Below are positions 25,194 to 32,623 of a DNA stretch of 64,000 nucleotides, piece after piece. Position 1 is the first letter of the stretch; each line of letters begins with the position of its first letter. The notes below the pieces were generated by a model. The model made no database searches. It was not told the origin of the DNA and was given only the letters and a program-made list of their open reading frames with translations. The translations under genes were made by a program, and so were the position numbers. Source of the DNA: an uncultured Clostridia bacterium (GTDB lineage: Bacteria > Bacillota > Clostridia > Christensenellales > Borkfalkiaceae); NCBI GenBank assembly GCA_934254825.1, contig CAKQMB010000015.1, positions 1,950 through 65,949 on the forward strand, given 5' to 3'.

Positions 25194-27344
25194 ATGCAGG
25201 ACGTTGTTGACAGAATAAAAAAATACAAGCAACTTTTTTCCATAACGAGCGAGGAACTTTCCAAGCGCAGCGGAATTCCGCTCGGCACGCTTAACAAAAT
25301 ACTTTCGTCCTCGACGAAAAGTATAAAAACGGAGACTTTGGCGGCGATAGCCAAAGGGCTTGACGTAAGCGTGAACGACCTTGTCGGGAGAGAGAAGAAA
25401 CAGGAGATTTATTCGCGCGCGAGCGTCGATCCGATTTTCTCTTACTGCCGCGTGGCGGCGGTTACTCCCGAACTTAAAGTCGGCGACGCGGAAGGTAACG
25501 CGCAGAGCGTTCTCGACGCGTTGGAGACCTATTCTTTAAAGAGAGTGAAAGTTCTCGTTTTCCCCGAGCTTACTTTGTCTGGTTACACGGCGGGCGATTT
25601 GTTTTATATGGACGCGCTTCTTCGTTCGTGCGAAAAATACCTTGTAAAAATCGTGGATTATTCCATAAACTACGACACGCTTCTTTTCGTCGGAACGCCG
25701 CTCAGAAGAGACGGCAAGCTTTATAACTGCGCCGTCGCGATATGCCACGGAAAGCTTCTCGGCGTTGTTCCGAAAACCTATCTTCCGACGTATAACGAGT
25801 TTTACGAAAAGAGACAGTTCGCTTCCTTTACCGAGGACGACGGAACGATAACGATCAACGGAAAAGAATATCCGTTCGGCTCGAAACTTATTTTCAGAAA
25901 CAGGAATTTCCCCGAGATGAAAGTCGCGGCGGAGATTTGCGAGGATCTCTGGGCGGTCGCTTCGCCGTCCGAAAAACACGCGGTGAACGGCGCGAATATC
26001 GTTGTAAACCTTTCCGCGAGCGACGAGCTTATCGGAAAAGCCGAATACAGGAGAAATCTTTGTTCTATGCAGTCGGCTAAATGCGTTTGCGCTTACGCTT
26101 ACGCGGACGCGGGCAGGGGAGAATCTTCCACCGATATGGTGTTCTCAGCGCACAATCTCATAGCCGAAAACGGTAAAATTTTGTCCGAAAGCGAGGTTTT
26201 CGGAGAGGGCGTTGCCGTGGCGGACGTCGATATAGGCTTTATCGAATACGAAAGAACCAAACTTTTCAATTACGACTATCCGACGGATAAAGGATACAGA
26301 TTTATAGATTTTTCCGTTATAATAAACACCGACAGAGCCGAGAGGTCTTACGACAGAACGCCGTTCGTTCCCGCGGATAAAGCCGAACTCGACAAGCGCG
26401 CCGAGCTTATTTCTGACATGCAGGCGGAAGGGCTTTTGCGCAGGGTTAAACACACTTCGGCTAAAACGCTCGTTATCGGCGTTTCGGGAGGCCTGGACAG
26501 CACGCTCGCCCTCCTTGTCGCGGTTAAGGCTATGGATAAACTCGGCAGAAAGAGAAAAGACGTTATCGCCGTCAGTATGCCGTGCTTCGGAACGACGGAA
26601 AGAACGAAGAGCAACGCCGAGCTTTTATCCGAACAGACGGGAGTTACTTTTAAGGAAATCGATATAAGCGAGTCGGTAAGAAGCCATTTCAAAGATATAA
26701 ATCAGGACGAAAAAGTTACGGACGTGACTTACGAAAATTCGCAGGCGAGAGAACGCACGCAGGTACTTATGGATATCGCCAACAAAACGGGCGGTCTCGT
26801 CGTGGGGACGGGCGATTTGTCCGAACTCGCGCTCGGCTGGGCGACCTATAACGGCGATCATATGTCTATGTACGGCGTTAATTGTTCCGTGCCGAAAACT
26901 CTCGTGAGATATCTGATAGGATATTTTGCGGAGAAGAGCAAAGGGAAAACCAAAAAAGTTCTCGAAGACATTCTCGCAACGCCCGTAAGTCCCGAACTCA
27001 TCCCCGCCGAAAACGGCGAAATTAAGCAGAAAACGGAAGATATCGTAGGACCTTACGTTCTGCACGATTTCTTCCTCTATCATTTCGTCCGTTCGGGTTT
27101 TGCCCCCGCGAAAATCTTCAAAATCGCCGAAAAGACTTTCGAGGACGAATTCGACTCCGCAACCGTTTACAAATGGCTGGAAATCTTCGTCAGAAGGTTT
27201 TTCGCTCAGCAGTTCAAGCGTTCCTGTCTGCCGGACGGGGTTAAAGTCGGTTCGGTCGCGCTTTCTCCGAGGGGAGACTGGCGTATGCCGAGCGATTGCA
27301 GTGCGGACGTCTTTTTGAAAGACCTGCGCCGCGTAAAGCCGTAA
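25194..27344 (+). CDS. nadE: glutamine-dependent NAD+ synthetase with an N-terminal XRE-type HTH extension
   Basis: The start is ATG 25194, behind AGAGGA; the ORF track start at 25023 lies inside the mazF terminator. aa 1-75: SITSEELSKRSGIPLGTLNKILS..IAKGLDVSVNDLVG. Next comes a CN-hydrolase domain (VFPELTLSGY, ICEDLW), then the NAD synthase domain (GVSGGLDST PP-loop). Confidence 0.9.
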   Translation: MQDVVDRIKKYKQLFSITSEELSKRSGIPLGTLNKILSSSTKSIKTETLAAIAKGLDVSVNDLVGREKKQEIYSRASVDPIFSYCRVAAVTPELKVGDAEGNAQSVLDALETYSLKRVKVLVFPELTLSGYTAGDLFYMDALLRSCEKYLVKIVDYSINYDTLLFVGTPLRRDGKLYNCAVAICHGKLLGVVPKTYLPTYNEFYEKRQFASFTEDDGTITINGKEYPFGSKLIFRNRNFPEMKVAAEICEDLWAVASPSEKHAVNGANIVVNLSASDELIGKAEYRRNLCSMQSAKCVCAYAYADAGRGESSTDMVFSAHNLIAENGKILSESEVFGEGVAVADVDIGFIEYERTKLFNYDYPTDKGYRFIDFSVIINTDRAERSYDRTPFVPADKAELDKRAELISDMQAEGLLRRVKHTSAKTLVIGVSGGLDSTLALLVAVKAMDKLGRKRKDVIAVSMPCFGTTERTKSNAELLSEQTGVTFKEIDISESVRSHFKDINQDEKVTDVTYENSQARERTQVLMDIANKTGGLVVGTGDLSELALGWATYNGDHMSMYGVNCSVPKTLVRYLIGYFAEKSKGKTKKVLEDILATPVSPELIPAENGEIKQKTEDIVGPYVLHDFFLYHFVRSGFAPAKIFKIAEKTFEDEFDSATVYKWLEIFVRRFFAQQFKRSCLPDGVKVGSVALSPRGDWRMPSDCSADVFLKDLRRVKP

Positions 27345-27362
27345 TATTTTTGCAAATCGCGC

Positions 27363-27389
27363 GATAATCGACTTATAGAGGCACTTTTT
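27363..27389 (-). repeat. dispersed repeat, copy f (variant left arm)
   Basis: gataatcgacttatagaggcacttttt. Confidence 0.75.
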
Positions 27390-27416
27390 GCATTTGATCA
27401 ATCGACAATTTAATAC

Positions 27417-27452
27417 AAAAAGCCGTATAAAACCAAGTTATACGGTTTTTTC
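27417..27452 (+). terminator. intrinsic terminator after nadE
   Basis: AAAAAGCCGTATAA-aaccaag-TTATACGG followed by TTTTTT. Confidence 0.8.
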
Positions 27453-27624
27453 TTTATGCATATATTTTTTCGTGTTACGCGCTGTTTTCGCCCGCGCCGA
27501 GTTTTTTGGCGGAAACTCGGGCGCGGGTGCGGATTTCCTCGGTTCAGACATTTAAACGAACCGTTATAAGTACTAAAATATAAACAGACGGAACGTATAT
27601 GTATAGATTAACGGTAATTTTTTA

Positions 27625-27653
27625 TTGACAAGGTGAACAATTCGTGTTATAAT
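27625..27653 (+). promoter_or_regulatory. perfect consensus sigma-70-type promoter of the SipW/TasA-like operon
   Basis: TTGACA, 17 nt (aggtgaacaattcgtgt), then TATAAT. It is followed by an approximately 110-nt 5' UTR with two short GC hairpins (GGGCgaagtctGCCC and CGGCGGGaaaCCGCCCG). Confidence 0.65.
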
Positions 27654-27768
27654 GCTATTATAAAGACAATCGGATAGTGGGCGAAGTCTGCCCGAGTCCG
27701 TTTTCGGGTGAAAAGCAAATAATACGATCGACGGCGGGAAACCGCCCGAATGATAAAAGAGGATATTT

Positions 27769-28302
27769 ATGAGAAGAAAAATAGGATATATTCTTACCAT
27801 AGCCGTTGTCGCAATGACGGTAATCGGCGTGTTGCTATGGTTCAATATTAAGGACGAAGGCAACCTTAAAGATAAAACGACCGTTACTTTCAACGGAGAA
27901 ACGACAAAAACGTTAAAAGCGGAAATAGCGGGCTTTTATCCCGGGAAATCTGCCGATTACACGATAGAAATATCGGATAAAGGCGCGGCGGATTACAATG
28001 TTTCACTCGTTTTCAGAAAAAACGGGGATGTCGAACCCGAGAAAAACACGCTCGGAAATTATCTGAACGTGACTATCGTCGCCGGGGACGTTACGATCGA
28101 AAAGAACCTTAACGAGCTTTTCGGCGGAGAAAAGATAAATCTCGGTCGCAATTCGCAGAAAATAACGATAACTTACGCGATGCCGCTCGAAATCGGCAAC
28201 GAAGCTCAGGGCGCGGAAACGAGATTTTTCATCGATCTGACTGCCTCGGAAAACGAAAACGACGGTAATTCGGCATCGGCACAAACAGAAAAGGGGGAGT
28301 AA
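27769..28302 (+). CDS. N-terminally TM-anchored TasA/camelysin-fold protein lacking the SipW-cognate cleavage motif (TapA-like anchor candidate)
   Basis: MRRKIGYILTIAVVAMTVIGVLLWF TM with no GT(Y/F)AxF(S/T)D motif. Core motifs FYPGKSADYTIEISDKGAADYNVSL and GNEAQGAETRFFIDLTASE parallel TasA LKPGDK..F.F.N.GSL and NKYQGNSIKLQFSFEATQ. Confidence 0.7.
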   Translation: MRRKIGYILTIAVVAMTVIGVLLWFNIKDEGNLKDKTTVTFNGETTKTLKAEIAGFYPGKSADYTIEISDKGAADYNVSLVFRKNGDVEPEKNTLGNYLNVTIVAGDVTIEKNLNELFGGEKINLGRNSQKITITYAMPLEIGNEAQGAETRFFIDLTASENENDGNSASAQTEKGE

Positions 28303-28306
28303 AATA

Positions 28307-29212
28307 ATGGCAGACAATCCGACGCAAAGCGAAAACGGCGGACTTAAACAGGAGAAAATAAAGAAAATTCTCCGCATAGCAGGCGACGTTCTGCTCGGCA
28401 TTTTGCTTGTTTTCGCCGCGTTCGTGCTTGTGGTTACGATAACCGCGAAAAAAGACAGCGACGGAAGCTCGAAAGTGTTCGGGTATAAACTTTACTTCGT
28501 GCAATCGGGGTCGATGGAAAAATGCGAGTACGTCGACGTAAGCGAGTATAAAATCAAAAGTATACCTGTCAAGTCCTGTATATTCGTATCGACCGTTCCC
28601 GAGGACGAAGCCGAACTTAAAGAATGGTATAAAACCGTTAAGATAGGCGACGTTTTAACTTTCAGATATTCCTACGACGGCGGCAGGCAGGAAACGATCA
28701 CTCACCGCGTCGTTAAAATCGACGAAAAAGGCGACGGCTTCGTGTTCACACTCCGCGGGGACAACAGGAATTCCGAAGAAGGCGTTCTCGATCAGGTCAT
28801 CGACACGACGGTCGCGGAAAATCTCAACTACATTATCGGAAGAGTTACGGGACAAAGCTATTTTCTCGGACTTCTGGTTTACGCTTTCCGTCAGCCCGTC
28901 GGAATAATTCTTCTTATAATCGTTCCTTGTATGGTAATAATCGCCTTTCAGGTAATGAGGATCGTGAAAGTTCTGAACGAGGAAAAGAAAGAGAAATCGA
29001 ACGCGCAGGAACTTAAACAAAAGAGCGAGATAGAAGAGCTTAAACGTCAGATAGAAATGCTTAAACAAGGCGTCGGCGGAAACGAAAACAGCGCGGGCGC
29101 AAGTGGCGGCGGTGCGGACGAAAGCAACGGCGCGAGCGAAAGTAGCGGCGCGGACGGAAACGAAAGCGCGGGCGGAGCGGAAATTTCGTCGGATACCGAA
29201 ACGAACGAGTAA
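28307..29212 (+). CDS. sipW: SipW-type (archaeal/ER-type) signal peptidase I with long C-terminal coiled-coil / low-complexity tail
   Basis: N-terminal TM. VQSGSMEK (catalytic Ser box), ITHRVVKID (His box) and a second TM (GIILLIIVPCMVIIAF). Then EEKKEKSNAQELKQKSEIEELKRQIEMLKQ plus a Gly/Ser/Ala/Asn/Glu-rich tail. The start lies 4 nt after the upstream stop. Confidence 0.85.
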   Translation: MADNPTQSENGGLKQEKIKKILRIAGDVLLGILLVFAAFVLVVTITAKKDSDGSSKVFGYKLYFVQSGSMEKCEYVDVSEYKIKSIPVKSCIFVSTVPEDEAELKEWYKTVKIGDVLTFRYSYDGGRQETITHRVVKIDEKGDGFVFTLRGDNRNSEEGVLDQVIDTTVAENLNYIIGRVTGQSYFLGLLVYAFRQPVGIILLIIVPCMVIIAFQVMRIVKVLNEEKKEKSNAQELKQKSEIEELKRQIEMLKQGVGGNENSAGASGGGADESNGASESSGADGNESAGGAEISSDTETNE

Positions 29213-29400
29213 ATTTTCCGCGACGACGGTGCAGACGTCATCGCGATATTACGGACGTCATTTCGGCTTTATGGACGGCGACGTTACATACGGCGTTATA
29301 TATAATTATAATAGTGATATAGCGTTGCGCGAAGTTGCGATATGTTCAAAAGGGAATATATTCGGACGGAAATTCGGATAGAAACATTAAAAAAACAAAA

Positions 29401-29460
29401 ACGAAGAGGTACCTCTTCTCGGCTTATTTCCTAAGCCGAGTAATGGTCTTATAAGAAAAA
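29401..29460 (+). promoter_or_regulatory. conserved twin-hairpin element, copy 1 (upstream of the gene at 29483)
   Basis: cGAAGAGgtacCTCTTC, then tCGGCTTAtttccTAAGCCGa, then gtaatggtcttataagaaaaaaa. Same architecture as 37040..37100. Confidence 0.6.
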
Positions 29461-29482
29461 AATACTGCAAAAGGAGATAAAA

Positions 29483-30175
29483 ATGTACGTTTTGATCATT
29501 GTGTTTATCGTATGCACGCTTTTAATCGGCTTGTTCTGCGTCGGCGTTGTCAGCCGCGACATAGTCGTTGAAACGCGCGAGAGCAAAAACAAGGCTAAAA
29601 CCGCAAAGGCGGAAGCCGAAACCTGCGCTACGGACAGCGTAGCGGACGAGCTTCCCGAAGCGGAACCCGTCACGTTGCCTTTGGAAGACCCTGTTTTCCC
29701 CGTTGAAACGGAAGAAGAACTTCCCGCTGTCGATATAAACGACGGAAAAGTCGCGTTTTCCACGGGTTCCAAAACGTTGGACGAAAAATATCTCGAACTT
29801 TCCGCGGAATATAAGGGGTATTACGACGACGTGGTTCGCTTTGCAAACACCGTCGAGGGCAGTAAGCGTTATAAAAACGCGGCGTACGAAGAGTACAAGG
29901 TCGGCAAAAACCGTCTTGTTCGTCTTAAAATCCGTAAAGGAACGGTAATCTGCGAATTCGTTATTCCCAATCTCGAATTCAAGAATTACATAAGCGGCAA
30001 CAAAGTCGCCGTGAAACAAGCTCCCGCAACGATAAAGGTTACGGACGAAGCCTCGCTTGCCGCCGTTAAGGACAGTATCGGAATAGCGGTCAAGGCTATC
30101 GAGGAAGAAAAGGCTTACAAAAAAGAACAGGCAAAACTTCGCCGCAGACAGAAAAGAGAAGCCGAAAAGGCATAA
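29483..30175 (+). CDS. N-terminally TM-anchored protein, acidic linker, Lys-rich C-terminus; unknown function
   Basis: 230 aa. MYVLIIVFIVCTLLIGLFCVGVV TM. RBS AAGGAGA. No recognisable family. Confidence 0.65.
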   Translation: MYVLIIVFIVCTLLIGLFCVGVVSRDIVVETRESKNKAKTAKAEAETCATDSVADELPEAEPVTLPLEDPVFPVETEEELPAVDINDGKVAFSTGSKTLDEKYLELSAEYKGYYDDVVRFANTVEGSKRYKNAAYEEYKVGKNRLVRLKIRKGTVICEFVIPNLEFKNYISGNKVAVKQAPATIKVTDEASLAAVKDSIGIAVKAIEEEKAYKKEQAKLRRRQKREAEKA

Positions 30176-30311
30176 TTTCGGTTTGCTCCGATTAAGATAA
30201 TCTGTAATAAAATTTTACAATAAGGTTTCGTCGCGGACAAGGCGGAAAATATATAAAAACCTTGGAACGCGAGGATATAAATTTAAAAAATCTAAAAAGG
30301 AGGGCATACAA

Positions 30312-30944
30312 ATGGGAAAACGCAGGAGAACGCTTCTTATTGCGGCAATGAGTATAATGCTCAGCGTTGCCATGCTTGTTGCGGGTACTTACGCCCTTTT
30401 CAGCGACAGCGTGACGGTTGAAAATCATCTCATCGCGGGAACGTTGCAAGTGAGACTCGTGCGTACGAAGCTGGAACAGAGAAAACTTGATTCGAGCGGC
30501 GTCGTGAGAAATTTTGCGGCGGACGAAACGGAAGAAGACTTCACGCATTCCACATCGAAAAACATTTTCGGTATGGGAAACAGTGAACTCATCGCTCCCT
30601 CGTCGAGCTATAAAGCCACGATGCGGATAACGAACGGCGGCAACGTCGCATTCGATTATTACGTCAGAATCAGGATCGGCACCACCGGCGACAAACAATC
30701 GGACGAGAATTTGTGCAAGCAGGTTAAAGTTATCGTCAACGACGATACCGAAAACGCAAAGTATTTATCCGAATGTACCGACGGTCTGACTGTTCTTACG
30801 GGCAGAGTTGCGGCAAGCGGAAGTCAAGCCGTATTCAGCATTAAGCTTGTTTTCGAAAACCGAAGCGACAACAACAACGCCCAATCGGAAAAAGCTTGGT
30901 TCGATTTGACCGTCGAAGCAATTCAGGCGACAGACGGTAATTGA
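30312..30944 (+). CDS. minimal TasA/camelysin-family protein with SipW-cognate signal peptide
   Basis: KRRRTLLIAAMSIMLSVAMLVAGTYALFSDSVTVENHLIAGTLQV (leader plus GTxAxFxD plus GTLxV). C-terminal NNAQSEKAWFDLTVEAIQA (N.aQ....F.l..eA.Q). Confidence 0.85.
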   Translation: MGKRRRTLLIAAMSIMLSVAMLVAGTYALFSDSVTVENHLIAGTLQVRLVRTKLEQRKLDSSGVVRNFAADETEEDFTHSTSKNIFGMGNSELIAPSSSYKATMRITNGGNVAFDYYVRIRIGTTGDKQSDENLCKQVKVIVNDDTENAKYLSECTDGLTVLTGRVAASGSQAVFSIKLVFENRSDNNNAQSEKAWFDLTVEAIQATDGN

Positions 30945-30991
30945 AATCCGTGCGAAAAGGTATTTTAAAGGATTAAAAAGGAGAACAAAAA

Positions 30992-32509
30992 ATGAAAAGT
31001 TCTAAAAGAAACATTATCGTTTCGGCGATAATGGTAATCGCGCTCTGCTTCGGCGTTATGGTCGGCGGAACGTATGCGTGGTTCACGGACACGGTGAGCA
31101 GTAACGTATGCAAAGTAGAGTCCGGAACGCTCAAAGTAGATCTCGAAATGCAGAAAGACGACGGATCGTGGGTTTCCGCCAAAGGCGAAACTCTGATGTT
31201 TAAAGTTAACGGAGTAACTCCCGCAGTCGGAACTCCCATTTTGTGGGAACCCGGTTGTACATATGAGCTTCCCGCGCTTCGCGTTGTCAACAAGGGTACT
31301 CTTGCTCTTAAATATAAGGTTGTCATCAACGGTATAAACGGCGACGCTAAGCTCAACGAAGTAATCGTCTGGACTATCGGCGCAAACGCTCTCACCGCAG
31401 ACGTCAAACTTCTTCCGGGCGAGAACAAGGAGTTCACTATCTCGGGTCATATGCTTGAAACCGCAGGCAACGAATATCAGGGTTTGTCTATCGACGGTAT
31501 CGGTATAACCGTACTTGCAACCCAGGTAAGCCACGAAATCGACAGCAAAGACGATACTTATGATTCCGATGCGGATTATCCCGACATTGCTCTCGTGGGA
31601 ACGACCGACGATTTTAAAGACGCTCTCGCGTCCGAAGAAACCGACGGAAAGACTATCAAACTTGCCGACGACATAACAATGCCCGACGAGACTATTGCGA
31701 TTGCCGGCAAAAACATAGCTATCGACCTTAACGGCAACAACATGGATCTCACTCAGATTACGGTTAATAACGCTACCGTAGTTATCAAAGATTCTTCCGA
31801 CAGCGAAGGATCGATTGCGGGTACTTCCGCAGGCGGCGTTATCAATGCTGCGAATTCCGACGTAACGATTGAAGGCGGTAATTTTGTAAGCGGATATGAA
31901 AGAGAAAACAGTAGCGGTTACGCCAACGTTATTACGGTTCGTAACTCCAACCTTACCATTAACGGCGGTTATTTCGAAAACACGGACGCCGTAGGTAGTT
32001 ACAACTACGTTATCAAAGCGCCTTGCTATTCCAAAACGGAAAAAACGACTATCACCATTAACGGCGGCGAGTTCGTTTCCAACAGAGATTACGGTTACAT
32101 TGTCACCGGCGACAGCGACGCGAACGTCGACGTTGTAATAAACGGCGGTAAATTTACCACGAAAGGTAGAAATTCTTATCTGACAAACGTTAAAGGTAAC
32201 GTTGTCGTAAACGATTGTACTTTCGTGGCAGAGGGCAATAACACCGTATTCAATATCCCTGCAAACTCCAAGGTTACCGTTAAAGGCGGAACGTACTCGG
32301 TAAACGAAAATTCTTATTACGATACTTCTCTTGCGGGGTTGATCTTCCACAGAAAGACAAACGGTTGGACGAGTGTCGACGGAACGTTACTTGTAGATCC
32401 TACCGTCGAAGTTAAGGTTAATCAGCCTACTTACGCGGGCTTCATCGCCGAAGGCGCAAGCCAGAGCGCGACTAAGGACGCGGACGGTTACTATATAATC
32501 AAGAGGTAA
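30992..32509 (+). CDS. SipW-cognate-leader TasA-fold N-module fused to a GGxF-rung beta-helix region (505 aa)
   Basis: VMVGGTYAWFTDTVSS..ESGTLKVDL; EPGCTYELPALRVVNKGTLALKYKV; GNEYQGLSIDGIGITVLATQ. Repeated rungs follow: TIEGGNF, TINGGYF, TINGGEF, INGGKF, VKGGTY. Confidence 0.85.
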   Translation: MKSSKRNIIVSAIMVIALCFGVMVGGTYAWFTDTVSSNVCKVESGTLKVDLEMQKDDGSWVSAKGETLMFKVNGVTPAVGTPILWEPGCTYELPALRVVNKGTLALKYKVVINGINGDAKLNEVIVWTIGANALTADVKLLPGENKEFTISGHMLETAGNEYQGLSIDGIGITVLATQVSHEIDSKDDTYDSDADYPDIALVGTTDDFKDALASEETDGKTIKLADDITMPDETIAIAGKNIAIDLNGNNMDLTQITVNNATVVIKDSSDSEGSIAGTSAGGVINAANSDVTIEGGNFVSGYERENSSGYANVITVRNSNLTINGGYFENTDAVGSYNYVIKAPCYSKTEKTTITINGGEFVSNRDYGYIVTGDSDANVDVVINGGKFTTKGRNSYLTNVKGNVVVNDCTFVAEGNNTVFNIPANSKVTVKGGTYSVNENSYYDTSLAGLIFHRKTNGWTSVDGTLLVDPTVEVKVNQPTYAGFIAEGASQSATKDADGYYIIKR

Positions 32510-32623
32510 TCAAAACAGTAAATTTTTTATATGATTGCGGTCGTAAAAGTCAAATCTCCGAAAGGAGAAAGAGAAGTTTTCAACCGCAACCAAAAGCATA
32601 AATTGCCAAGGAGACAATAAAAA

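Noticed and set aside
27654-27768. A c-di-GMP (GEMM) riboswitch in the 5' UTR of the SipW/TasA-like operon, attractive because biofilm operons are often c-di-GMP controlled.
   Set aside because: There are only two short hairpins. I could not find the GEMM-I/II conserved nucleotides (for example the GCAAA/GGCAAACC and ACGCAAAGC-type blocks). This is pure wishful matching without a covariance-model search.
29103-29381. 92-aa ORF overlapping the sipW tail and the following intergenic region.
   Set aside because: It is an alternative frame of the Gly/Ala/Ser-rich sipW tail (Ala/Arg/Lys-rich translation) and lacks an RBS. The region is better explained by the sipW 3' end plus an internal promoter and the hairpin element.
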